Assembly (NCBI RefSeq): GCF_964213995.1
Contig: NC_135805.1
Span: 57,536,001 to 57,600,000, forward strand
From: Mustelus asterias
Lineage: Eukaryota
DNA length: 64,000 nucleotides
Reading direction: 5' to 3'
In this document: positions 11,291-23,692 of the stretch, one piece after another
Position numbering within the stretch: the stretch's first letter is position 1
Layout: each line of letters starts with the position of its first letter
The notes under the pieces: model-generated
What the model saw: only the letters and a program-made list of their open reading frames with translations
Told to the model about the DNA's origin: nothing
Database searches by the model: none
Made by a program: the position numbers and the translations under genes

Positions 11291-12315
11291 CCTTTCAAAT
11301 AAATGCATTAATACCTGTTTTGAAAAGAATAGAGGAATAATTTACGCTTTCTGTGATTCTGCAATAGCCGCTTTAGGCACAGGAAGCCTGGTTCATGTCA
11401 GAATTTGGGCATGGTCCAGCTCCTAGGCTTTGATGTTAAATCAAGGCCTATTTTGCCAGTCAGTAGATGTAAAATTCCCAAGGAATAATTTGAAGTAAAG
11501 CCCAAAATTCTCCTAAAGTGTCCTGGCCAAATTCTTCCCTTAAACAACACCACCCAAAACAGAGTTAAAAGTAATTCATGTCATTTCCTGTTCATGAATT
11601 TTGCTACATGCAAATATAAATAAGAAATAGGAACTAGATACCAACATTTCACAGTCTCTCGCCTTTCTCTCTCTTTATTCATTTCTTGTGCAACCTTTTC
11701 TAATATCCTCCCAAATCTATTCTATCGCATCATTACAAGCCTCTTATTTTAATCTAATTCTGTCTTTAACTTCTTGTTAGCCATGCTTGGACTACTTTTC
11801 TCAAGGGTTTTTATTCCTTAAAGATATATATTAATTGTAAATTATTAATTGTTTCTTTAACTGTTTGCCATTGCTGATCTTTTAATTTAGTTTCCCAATC
11901 TACCATAGCCAACATCTCTGTCATACCGATGTGGTTTTCTTTGTTCAGATTTAAGAGCTTGGTTTCATTCTTAACTAAATTATTCTCAACCTCAATATAA
12001 AATTTAACAGGATATGATCACTCTTCCCCCGAGGCTTATTTATGACAAGTTTATCAATTAACCCTGTCTCATTTCATAATACTATTTCTGAGCAGCCTGT
12101 TTCCAAGTTGGCTCCTCAACATACTGATCCATAAAACTAATTTGGATACATTCCATGAGCTTGCCCCCACGCTATTATTGCAAAGCTAATCTATCCAGTC
12201 TATATGAAGATTAAAGTCCCCTGAGATTACTGTATTACCTTTGTCCCATGTATCTCTTATTTATGGATTTATATTGTACCAACACAACAGCTATTGTTAT
12301 GTTTCAAATTCAGTA

Positions 12316-12457
12316 TCTTCTTCAGAAGTGGGTCATATTGGACTCAAAATGTTAACTCCATTCCTCTCTCCACAGATGCTGCCAAACCTACTGAGTGTTT
12401 GCAGCATTTTCTGCTTTTATTTCAGATCTCTAGCATCCACAGTATTTGTTTTTATTA
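12316..12457 (+). mobile_element. Penelope-like family A pLTR relic
   Basis: ggactcaaaatgttaactcc..ctctctccacagatgctgccaaacctactgag..ttttatttcagat. Confidence 0.65.
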
Positions 12458-12477
12458 TAATGACTGTTACAAGTCCC

Positions 12478-12601
12478 GATGTGGAGATGTTGGCATTGGA
12501 CTGGGGTCAGCACAGTAAGAAGTTTCACAACACTAGGTTAAAATCTAACACTTATTTGGAATCATGAACTTTCAGAGCGCTGCTGATCTCACCTGATGAA
12601 G
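12478..12601 (-). mobile_element. Penelope-like family B relic
   Basis: gatgtggagatgttggcattggactgggg..cacaacactaggttaaa..ctttcagagcgctgct..ctcacctgatgaag. Confidence 0.65.
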
Positions 12602-13284
12602 TCCAATAGATTATCCTCACCAAGATTTCTGTCCCTTGTTGTTTCATAGCTCAACCTAAACTGAGTTTCAGAGCTAAGCTCCTGTCTCTCTACTGTCTTT
12701 ATCCTATCCTCAGCCATAATTGTCTAAATATTATCAGTGGCTAATCCCTAAAGTAATTCAATTGTTGCATGGAGCTTTGGACATCCTAAGGATGTCATGG
12801 AGCCTTATATAAATCCCTTTTTTACTTCTTACTAATTATGCAAACTCTGAATCCAGGGTGCAGAGAGTTTAATTGTAATTAGTTAATTTAAAATTAATTA
12901 ACTTCAAGAAATAATGAATAAGTTCCACTAAAAATGAAAACACCTTGGTTGATGAATCTGAAGGTCTCAGGAGTAATTTTATAAAATTGTGTTCCCAGTG
13001 CTTGAAACCCTTTCCTCAAGCCTGCTTTTGTAAAATTACTCTACTCATGTCATCTTCCACGCCATTTGCATCACTACTAGATGATGCAGAACTGCGCCGC
13101 AAATATGCAGATTTTTTTAAAATCGTTACTTACAGCTTGTACCTTTACATGTCCTATAATATAGCCTGATGTGTCATTTTGCTATGTTCTTTTTTAGCCT
13201 GTTAAGAACAGGGTATTCCAGATCCCGGATGGGACACTTGAAACATCTGCCCTCAACTGTATTTTGCAATTTGATATGATTTTT

Positions 13285-13672
13285 AAAAATTCATTCTTGG
13301 GACATGGGTGTCACTGTCTAAGACAGCATATATTGCCCAACCCCCTAGTTGCCCTTGAAATGAGTGGATTGCTAGGCCATTTTAGAAGGCAGTCGAAAGT
13401 TAGCCACATTACTGTGGCTCTGGAATCACATGTAGGCCAGACCAGGTAAGGACAGCAGATTTCCTTCCCTAAAGAACATTAGTGAACCAGACGGGTTTTT
13501 CCAACAATTGACAATGGTTTCATGGTCATCAGTAGATTCATAATTCCAGATATTTTTATTGAATTCAAATTCCACCATCTGCCATGGCGGAATTTGAACC
13601 CAGAATTCCAGAACATTAGTTGAGTTTCTGGATTAATAGTCCAGCAATAAAACCACTAAACCATTGCCTCCT
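13285..13672 (-). mobile_element. tRNA-derived SINE (family of 26621-26982)
   Basis: Reverse complement of the 26621 copy across its length. Confidence 0.8.
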
Positions 13673-13735
13673 CACAAAAGTGCACATAACGTGAGAAAAG
13701 ATTTGCAAACCAGAGAATGATATCCCAGTTATTTT

Positions 13736-14450
13736 TGTGATGATTGTAAATAGGTTAAATTAAATTTCGTTGTTTATTAAACAACGGAAGGTACAACAAT
13801 AAAGTCAACTAAAAGTACACTTAACTAACTCAATGGCTAAACACAGTATCCCAAACTTTTCCCAGTTCCAAACATCTTTATTTCCCTAACTTCAGAGCCA
13901 GTTCTCTAAAAACGATAAGCAAGATCCCGTAATGGTTACCCCACCAAGCAGTTGTGTCTTTTGGGGTTGCTTCTGATGTAGGACAAGCAGGTTTTCTTCA
14001 CAGACACAATTTGCTGAGAGTTCAAACGACTATTCCTGCTGTGGGCTGAGGCCTCAAGAAAACTCCCATGCATAGGTTGAGTTGTTTCTGATATACCTGT
14101 TTTCCCTTTTGATCTTCCCTTATCCAAACTAACCTCTTCAGAACTCAAACTTACTTCATGAATCCACCTTTTTGAATGTTCAAACAAAGCTCACATCTTC
14201 CTTTGAACATCTGGCCTGGCACCTTACCCAAACCCCTGATGTTCTATTCCCCATTGTTGCTACCCTGCCTTAGGTAAACATCTGTTTGTAGTGTTGCTTG
14301 GCTCATCAACATGTCAAAAGCATTAACCCATTACCCTAGTCAAACTGTCACTGCCATTACACAGCTTCTATTTTAAATAGTTTATAAAAACGTATAACCA
14401 TCAGAACACATTTTAATTTACTGAATTTCCCTGATTTTCATGTTATCACA
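13736..14450 (-). mobile_element. Putative solo LTR
   Basis: Termini TGTGATGA..TTATCACA form a short inverted repeat; minus-strand AATAAA near the left end; no clean TSD. Confidence 0.35.
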
Positions 14451-15664
14451 AATTACATCAACAAGCCATACAAAATAAGGTATGTAAAACAACCCAGGAG
14501 TTTTCTAACACATTCCGCATGTAGTGAGGTGGGTGTTGTTTACAAATGTCTCTTACCTTTTTTATTTACCTACCATGGGACTGATAATCAGGACACTTTC
14601 TTGGCATTATGCCCTCTGCACTGACTCTGGTGGGTATGTTGATACCTCATTTACATGGAGTTGTAGAGTACCACTAGGGTGCATCTTAAGGTCTAGCTGC
14701 CCTACATTGCCAGAAACATTGACAACTGATTGTCAACTCCCTAGTTGGGAAGGAGGTCACTTGAACATCCCTTCCCTCTCTGCTCTGCATTATTTCATCT
14801 GCCTTACCAAAGGTGTCAATACAATTTATTTTTAATGACCATTTTCTTTGGAGATCCTGGTCATTTCCCTAACCTGGATGCCTTCTCTTACCCTATTCCC
14901 TCTCAACTGTGTTCTTCTGAGGGTCAGTATCTCTCAAGAAAACATCTGGTCTCAGCACCTTCATATCAGTCGCCTTGTAAGCAGTGGATGGATGCTGCAT
15001 CCCATACAATACTAAACGGGAAATCAGAGATTACGTAGAAATCTGGTGTATCCAGCCTCTGACCTATTTTCAAGCTATTCCTTCAAACCCTCACTGGACA
15101 AAGTCCGTTGTAAGTGCCACATAAATTCAGCCCCTATGTATTTTGGAGAACATGGTATCATTATATTGAATAAACCTCGGTAAGATATGATACAACCTAT
15201 AACAATACTTGGAGCTCTCTTTTACTTCCTCTTACAATATAGTCTCAACCTAAGCCTTTGAAGAGGCAGATAACATCACATATTACCATAAGCATTTTCA
15301 TTAGCATAGCTTCAGAGCTGGAACTGCATGTCAAATAGATTTCAGCTTTGCTGTTGCAGGTCCATGTATACAGGGATTAAACCCAAACTGACAGCAGCAT
15401 ATTTCACTTGTAATCATTAATTGCCTTCAGTAAGAGTCCACCTGCATCTATTCCTCTTGGGATACTGTGCCTTGACCTTAGACTTCTAGAAGTGAAAGGT
15501 GTAACTCAGCACCTTGTCCTTCAAATAGAATCAATGAGATTAAAAGCAACTAACTGGGGAAGGCATGAAACGTTTATATGACCATAGTCTCTCTGGATTT
15601 AAAGGATTTTTCTTCCTTTACTTGTGAAATTCTTATGGTGTTTGTGTATGTATGTGTGTTCAAA

Positions 15665-15696
15665 GGCGGCGGGGGGGGGGGGGGGGGGGGCGGGGG
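15665..15696 (+). repeat. Poly-G tract
   Basis: ggcggc followed by 20 G, c, and 5 G. Confidence 0.9.
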
Positions 15697-16759
15697 TAAG
15701 AATGGTCTTATTGGGAAAGTGTCAATTGGTTAATTTGTCAAAATTTTCAAAAATGATCAAAAACAAACCTCGTATACTGTGATATAAACAGCCCCAGGCA
15801 ATTTTGTGTAGCAAAAACAACGAACCCTGCAGAATGCATTACATATTGGATAAATAATTGACTAACTTCCAAAATAAACAAAATACTTGCCAGTCTCTAT
15901 TTCATGCTCTGATTGCAAGATGACAAAAAAACATGAAGCTGAGGGTGAGGTGGAGGCAGGCGGGCTTCAGGAAACTAACTTCTGAGCACAGAGGGGCCTC
16001 TGGATCACAGACTGCAATCTATACCTCAACAGAACTTTACTGAAGGTATACTTCAAACTTCGGTAGGAGAAAAGATGTATTGTGTAGCTGTAGGGAGGCG
16101 AGTAAAATTTGTGCCTTCATTAACTCCCAAAAAGAAAGCCTGCGGTGGAGGCAATCTTCAACATTGGCTTTTCTAGATCTCAAATTTGCATATCAGAATT
16201 TCACCCCCTCGAATTTCTCACTCTTATACACAACCTAAAGGAGCCATGCTTCGCATTTCTGTAATTTTTGAATATTATTATTGCCCTAGTGTAACAGGTG
16301 AACAACAGGTCCAGTCATTTGTCATCAGATGTGGCTGGACCACATCAAGCTCTATTGGGTTCTATCTGCTCCTCCAGAAAAAAACATATTCCTGTTCTCT
16401 TAACTCCAGTGCCAGTAAATTGGTGACTTCCTAACTTTACTTCCTCACACTCATTTGAGTTGACGTGGTTAATAGTTCCAGCTTCATGGTTACTGCCCCC
16501 ATCCCTTTCAAAATCACCTTCATCAAATCATCCCCACACCCCCATCCATGTAAGCTCCCCCTCCCCATCTCCAACCTTCCTTTCTTCTCCAAGGTTCTGA
16601 GACATGTTGTTACCTTTTGACTATATTTACCACAGTTCCTTAATTAAAGCTCCACAATCTGTTTGAAGCGTCTCGTTTCTACTGACAAGTATTAGACAGG
16701 CAAAACTCATTTGTCTGATTTCAAAACTGATTTTTCCTGGAAAGGTCATCAGCCTGTCA

Positions 16760-16978
16760 AAGGCGATAGCTTGAGGGGCACCACTCCACATTTGCATGAC
16801 TGACCGGGAGACTCTCTCACTCTTACTCACCTGCCATATTGGAAGGATTTACATGTTGATAATCAACCTGTTTGACTACATTATGAAGGCATCTCCCTTA
16901 GCCATCAAGCCCTGAAATAGGACTTGAACCTGGAGCTTCTGGCTGAGAGGCAGTGACAATAACCCACTCTGCCACAAT
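16760..16978 (-). mobile_element. tRNA-derived SINE head of a further family
   Basis: Minus strand has tggcagagtgg (A-box) and ggttcaagtcc (B-box) at tRNA-like spacing. Confidence 0.5.
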
Positions 16979-19900
16979 TGTTTTTTGACAGCTCACCAAA
17001 TTTTCCCATCCCACCTGTGTTTATGCTTACTGATGGCAGGACCGGAAAATCTCACCCTTAGTTTCAACCATCAACATCCTCCACTGTTTTTTCTGAATCC
17101 ATGTTGCATTTAGGAAACGTAAATGAGCCATGTTACAAACTCAACTGATTATCTTAAATAGGTTGTTAGTGTAGATATTAGCAATTCTTTCAGTTTACAG
17201 TGATGGGACACACATTTGCAAATGAGGACAATCTGGATGGGTGATTGTTGTCAGATTGCTATTGTTTAATATGAAGGAGCATTAATGAAAGCTATAGAAA
17301 AGTGATACTCCTCCAGTGACAATACGCCTAGGATGTTGAAGATTTTTCCTAAATATGAAAGAAATCTGTCAGCAGTTATTTTGCAGCCCTTCCAAATGTA
17401 ATACAGCTTCTATATCATATCTGTACATTAGGTATCTTGATGCTGTTCTTTCCGGTGATCCAATCTCCCCACCCCACACCCCCTCACACTGAAAACCACC
17501 CTTCAAGATTAGCTGTCACAAGACAAAATGTTTTCTGAGGTTAGAAGTTCTGAAATTCCTATTCATCAGCTGAGCCCCTTGGTCTCCATTCTAATTAGTA
17601 CTAAAAATTAATTCACAATGTCCCTTTGACGTCATCAAAATATATTCAAATTAGCCATACAACGCTGTTGTTAGGTCATCTGCTCTCAACTTTCTTTTAT
17701 TACACAGTGAGCTGCCCTTTCTTCCACATTTTAATTGAACTCATTCCTTAGCCGCAAGATAGAGAGAGGGCAGTTTGTCCCACGTTGTCAAGCTCCTTCA
17801 GTTTTTCTGAACTTTCCACTGGAAACAGGCATTCTTCTTCAATTTCCACGTTTACCACAAACAGTAGAAAAAGGCAATAGCTGCAACTATACTTCTAACC
17901 CTGATGTTGTACTGCTCTACCTGCCGTGCATCAGGTCACTTGCCTTGCTCTCTACATTTTACACTGGTAAACATGCTATATAAATGCAAGCTGCTGTTGC
18001 CTCGTTGCTACACTCGCGCCACCTGAAATCGTTGATAAAAATTTAGATTCATTTTTGTGATCTATAATATGAAATATTTGCCATGTAATTAATCACAATC
18101 TTCCAGGAAAACTCAGCATTACAGCCACGCTGAGAATGGCCATATAGGATGGTCCAATCCTTAACTGGAACAGATGCGTGATTGAGGTTTCGTGAAACCA
18201 TTCAAATTTCATTCACTTGACTTATGAAATCAATTGACCTTCTGCACTGCATTTTAGCCTTGGAACTGCCTGTTAATCTATCGTTTTTGATATGCACGGC
18301 TTTGAAGCATTCAGATAAGAATGTGGCTTATTCTTGTAGGATATACTGCTATATCAGGCTGCAATGAATTTACAAAATCACAGCCAGACTGCTACACTTT
18401 CTGGGAAGATGACAAAGTAACAGTGATGTCTCTGATATTAACTTTCAATATGAATAAATTCTAATATAAAGGCTCTGCGCCAACAAAGCCTTTACACTTT
18501 TCCAACTGTTGGGGTTGCCACAAGCAGAAGTCTAGAAAGTCAAGCAGTAAGCGAAAAGCAAGTGCTGAATCATGGTGCCAGTGACATTTTTAAAAACTGT
18601 TATTTATGGCCAATGCATAGTACTGATAGCAACTCTTGGCATGGTAGTAACAGACCTTATTCTATTTTCCCACTGAGAGCAAGTCAGGGCATTCATTGCA
18701 AAGAGGACGGATCCACCCACTACGTGCATTCAGCCTTTTTTGGCATGAGTATTAATGTAAAAATATACTATCTTAACCTGCAATATGACAAGCCCTCAAT
18801 ATGTGACTCTGCTGGGCACAAAAATATGTGAGCAGTCTTGGCACCATTGTGCCAGTCGCATCTTTTTGGCTCATTGTTTGAAAATGCTGATATATTTTAA
18901 TAGCTCAATTAGTTTAACAACAAATGGAAACACTAAAGTAGAACAGTGATGCTGTTTGGATACTCAGCGCAGAAGCTCCAACCCACATCGAGTTCTGCAG
19001 CTTTGCCAATGTCGGCAATTACATTAATGATTCATTGACTTTGCACTATTGTTTCAATATGCCCCATTCATTGTGATCGAAGGGAGAGAGTTTCTGTCTC
19101 TCCCGTTCCCACGAATTTGCGATAAGTTAAATGGCCAAAAGCCAATAAGTCATTCACAAAATCATGAGTGGTCACACTGTGGTTCAGTTTACAAACTGAA
19201 AATCAATTTACAGCAGAAATTAAAAGTGAGACAACATTCTTAATCACATGAGTGACAGTGGAATGTGCAGGGAATACACCATCCACTCCATCCATAATCA
19301 CAAGTTTTAGATACAGTCATTGATTTCTTCTTGTGATTCCTTTCAAATAAATACGTGTATCTACACTCATTCCCAAATCTGTACTGTATTCCTTAGATAT
19401 TTTAGCACAATTATATTTAAAAGGATGATGAATATTATATAGTTTTAAAGGCAAATATGCCAAAATGTTGCAAATAATCACGTAAGAAGAATAAATAAGC
19501 AATCAATAACGAAAATGTACTTGGGTGTATAGGAAAATATTATCCTACCCACTCCACTGGGCATAGCAGATGTTACTTCTAGGAGCAGAGAGAACTGCCA
19601 ATCAAGGGTTTTACCGGGGGCTGTGCTAGAGAGACAAGGCACAGCCACAACAATCTGCCATAGCTGACTGGTATCAATAAACCCCGGAAGAGGAGCTGAG
19701 TGGCTTCTTGAAATCACACTACCCTGGTGACCAGCTGCTTTGCAAGTTAACAAGCTATCTTGCACCGAAGTCTCAATGATAATCTAACTAATTGATCACA
19801 GTGGAAGAATTCTCATCAATCTCTCTCCCTTATGCTGCTAGTGTCACTGCCGTTTTTTCCTTTTTGTATTCTGCTGTCATTTTCATTCAGTGCTGCACTT

Positions 19901-20280
19901 TGCCCACTTTTGATTTATTTTGTGCTCGCCCTTATTGTCTTGTGCATGTTCTTTATTTTCCACACAATCCATCCTACGACGGAACAAAAAGCATTTTTAC
20001 AGCAAGCAAAAAATCGGAGTGCTTGAAGATTTCTTTTTAAAATGTGTAGCTCGCCGTTTTATCAATAACAGTTGCAACATTGTGCACTTGTGTATCCTTG
20101 ATTGTTTTAATTTGGTCTTTGAATTAGTCTATATATTGTCATTTTCTTTGGACATATTTTACAACATCACCTGACAGACATGTAAAGATAAGAGTTTCTA
20201 AAGAAAGGAGTGAACTTTCCACAATGTATTTTCAGTATCAAGCGTCAGTCTGGGAATACAAACTACACTGAGACTACAAT

Positions 20281-20459
20281 AAAAAGCAACATACTACGGT
20301 TGACGGAAATCTGAAATAAAAGCAAAACATGCTAGATCCTCTCAGCAGGTCTGGCAGCATTTGGGAAGAAAGAACGTCTGGACTCAAAACATTAACTCTG
20401 TTTTGTTGACCACAGATGCTGCCAGACCGGCTGGGTTTATCCAGCATTTTCTGTTTTTC
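20281..20459. mobile_element. Penelope-like family A inverted pair
   Basis: ctcagcaggtctggcagcatttg / cagatgctgccagaccggctggg arms; ggactcaaaacattaactctg. Confidence 0.7.
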
Positions 20460-20561
20460 ATAGAATCACAGAATCCCTACAGTACAGGAGGAGGCCATTC
20501 GGCCCATCGAGTCTGTACCGACCACAATCCCACCCAGGCCCTATTCCCATAACCCCACACA
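20459..20561 (-). mobile_element. HE1 3' fragment
   Basis: catagaatcacagaatccctacagtacaggaggaggccattcggccc. Confidence 0.8.
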
Positions 20562-20879
20562 TTATATATCAAGACTATTGGATTTCCTTTTGATAAGAAT
20601 CTTTCTGTATAAATTAACAAGGGGTTTCAAAGTGACATTGCTTGAAGCTAATCCAAGACTAATGCAATAATGGAATTCAGCAGGTGGTGTAGGGTGTGAG
20701 ACAGGATTCTGTAATAGTCCAATTATGGCCAGTTCGAACATTATATGCCAAATATTTTGCCATTATTCAGATGTGGCACTCAAATTTGACGCTGCCATCT
20801 CATTTCCCCAGTTGCAGCATAAGGCAAGCACCTTCCATATTACTCATTACCTCTGCATTCAGCAGGAAGCCAAGCACCA

Positions 20880-22568
20880 TCCCCTGCTTTTTTTGTACTC
20901 TGCACATGGTGCAACCAGCCCTCTTTTAAAAGAAGCTGAATTGAATTACAGGAGGCCGCTGCTGGTTGCCACTGCAGCAATTCTATACAATGAAAATGGA
21001 AAACCAGGGCAGAAATAGGATTGCAGAGTCACTGGAGGTCTTAGTGGTCATGATTCCACAGAGTCCCAGGGCCCTGAAGGACAATCCCAAGAACGGATTG
21101 AGAGCAGGTGGCCAGTAAGGCCAATTCTTGACATCTAGTCCCAAGAATCTGGCAACAGTGCCATAAGATGCCAGCATTGGTGGTCAAGATCAATGAATGC
21201 ACATTCACGTGATATCTCATGTCCAGCATAACCCCAGCCTGTCATGTGTTCAGTACGCCACAGCCCCATCACTCAACCATCAGCAATCCTGAACACCAAC
21301 CATCTAGATAGTCCACCTCAGCCACACCTCAATGGTGCCAGCCTGACACTAGTTTCTCGCTGTCTCCATATACCTCCACCTATTCAGTTATGTTAGGCAC
21401 GTCATCCAAACATTCGGGATGATAGGATCCTCCTTCTTAGCTGTTTTTAAGGCAGCTCAGACGTGATTGGCAGTATTTAATGGAGGTCGTGGTGGTCCTG
21501 CCCACCGACTGAAGAGCTGATGAAGGTCCCACGTTGCTGTTTCTTGGGATGGCCCACTGAATTAAATGCCAATCAGGCACTTGGTGGGCCTTCCCTGGGA
21601 TCAAGAACCTTTGGGTGGAAGTCTCGCTGGCCCAGAGAACTGCTGGCAAATCAGAGGCTGGCACCTCTTCACTGCTCAACAGAGCCATTTGAGAAGTGGT
21701 GGCTGCTACCAGTACTATACCAACCCAAGGCGTAGGATCACCAATGGACCTAGGCTCAGGTGAGTGATAACAGGAGGGGGTTTGCAGGTTGAGTCCACAG
21801 CGGAGGAGGGGGAAGGGGATCAAGGCTAGGCTGAGTAGGTTCCCCTTGCTGAGATTGGGTTTATCCATCAGGTATTGAGTGGACTTGAATGAAGGAGCAA
21901 CACCATTCTCTACCCGCCTGCCCCCGTCCACTCCCAGAAGACCGCAAACAACTCTGGCATGATTCGCTTTTTGGTCTTTCGCATGGCGCGGCCTCCCTCC
22001 CTGATAGGTAGATTGGGAAATACCATCAGTGGCTGGAAGAAAGCAATTATAGAAAAATTGGGTGATATAGAGAAGAGCACGAAGATCTTTGCACAGAAGT
22101 GTGTGCAATGTTACACTGTTGAAAAATAGAGGCATATACAGGATGAGCCAATTCTGCCTGATTTATTTGGATGCAAGACTGGCCGGGCTGAAGGATTTTC
22201 TTGCACTGAGGCCAATAAAAACAAAGGTATTTTTTGTGACAAGGGCACACTCAGGATTCACCTGGAGAATCTGAAGAAGTATATCCCCAGGAACAAAAAT
22301 GAACTTTGCAGGTCTCACTCTTCTTCTGTGAGCCTGAAGACTTGATAGCTCATTTCAAACCTGCCACAGCCAAATAGCTTTAATTGACAGCCCCTTTTAT
22401 TCTTAAAGGGCCTCAACTGGCGGCGGGGCAGGAAGGCCATCCACGGGTCTTCCTGTCACGGACTTAATTGGAGCAGTGGTGGGAAGGCAGCAGGATCTCC
22501 ACCTGCTACCCTCCCGCCTGATTAAATGCCACCAAACATATCACAGGGGAGGGCACTGAATTCCATCT
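20880..22568 (+). mobile_element. PIF/Harbinger-like DNA transposon remnant hosting the cytochrome c retrocopy
   Basis: Decayed Myb/SANT-like coding (ctggaggtcttagtg = LEVLV; gagcaggtggcc = EQVA; ccaagaatctggcaacagtgccataag = PRIWQQCHK) and a GC-rich subterminal block aagggcctcaactggcggcgggg..ctcccgcctgattaaatgcc. Confidence 0.45.
22058..22377 (+). pseudogene. CYCS: Processed cytochrome c pseudogene
   Basis: Manual translation: (L)[91 protein letters not shown]. Colinear with vertebrate cytochrome c; start lost, CxxCH changed to CxxCY, stop and frameshifts, no intron. Confidence 0.95.
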
Positions 22569-22869
22569 GATGGCAGTTTCTCAGTGATTAGTCACTGTAA
22601 CACTTTCAAAGTGTACCATAACATACTTGGCATACTTTTATGGCTTCACAGTTTAACTGTGCGAAACCGTCTGAGAGAGATGAGGTTATGAAGTTTAAAA
22701 TAAAACTTACAATGTTTGTCTTCAGATCACAATTAGTGGGATCCACACCTAAATGGGTAGAAACAAAACCAAACAAATAAATTGCTTCTCATGTCATAAA
22801 GATTTTGCAAGCTGTAATCAGGGTAAATGGTGATCCCCAATTGGCTGAGGGAAGGGAAGGTAAATATGC

Positions 22870-23230
22870 TGCTACCTGTTAGATACTGAACAATATGCGT
22901 CATGGTCTCAGGGTCATTATTCCTGGTGTGTGTTGAAAGTTAGTCGATCCTTGTTGTAGCACTGAGATAGCTGGTGGGTGACAATTGGCTCCTCAGCTGT
23001 TAAAAGTTAGTAAGGATTCAGCCTTTCCTCTACCTGATACATTTGCATTTCCCAGCATAAGTTAACATGAGGACAGGAGTGTGCCAGTCACTGACACCTT
23101 CACTGATCAAATACATTTCTGACATCCACTGTCTAGACTCGCACTAAAAGCAGATACCTGGATGAGGTCCGACCATTATTGTACCCCGGAATAAGTCAGT
23201 GCCTTAAGGGGAAGAAAAGACAAAAGATTG
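22870..23230 (+). mobile_element. Ancient LF-SINE-like remnant
   Basis: cactgtctagactcgcac..ctggatgaggt..gtacccc..agtcagtgcctt..ggggaagaaaa resembles the LF-SINE 3' region as I recall it. Confidence 0.35.
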
Positions 23231-23692
23231 AGAATTTATAGCTACATAATGAGAGAGACTCTGCAGGGAACACAAGTCAGGAGCAGGTCACCTCTCCAGG
23301 AGAAATAGCAGCTTCAAATCAAATTAAACAAATCTCTAGAATCTGCCAAGGTAACAAGAGTGTCATTCCATGTAAAACACCTTTTAATCATCTGAACTCC
23401 TGCTATTCATTCACCTCCTTTGAAAGTAGGCCTATCACTTAGTGGTTTGGAACCCCCTTAGTTCATCACAAATCTTGGGACTATTATTAATACTGTCCTT
23501 TATTTTAAAACAGCAAATTACACAGTTTCTTTGCAGCACACACTTTGAACCAGTGCTAATCAAAGAATTATAGAACCCCATACAGTACAGGAGTCCGCAC
23601 TGACTCTTCAACAGAACAATCCACCCAGGCCCTATCTCCATAGCCCCACATATTTACCCCATAATCCTCTTAACCTACACATCTTGGGACAC

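Larger units (their letters stand above)
11640..12715 (-). mobile_element. Old degraded CR1 ORF2 fragment
   Basis: Reverse complement resembles the CR1 endonuclease/linker region (gatatgatcactcttcccc = G.SDH); similar to 27600-28000. Confidence 0.55.
11440..12830 (+). mobile_element. Deu-domain (SacSINE1-like) SINE split into 11440-11615 and 12715-12830
   Basis: gtgtcctggccaaattcttcccttaaacaacaccac and ctttggacatcctaaggatgtcatggagccttatataaat match the more complete copy at 51225-52090. Confidence 0.55.

Noticed and set aside
14520-15180. Possible Gypsy internal remnant next to the putative LTR
   Set aside because: Too decayed to show a diagnostic motif by eye.
18010-18030. CTCF-like motif (caggtggcgc on minus)
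   Set aside because: The 5' half of the consensus does not match.
21437-22135. 232-aa minus-strand ORF
   Set aside because: Antisense to a transposon remnant and the cytochrome c pseudogene; no recognisable domain.
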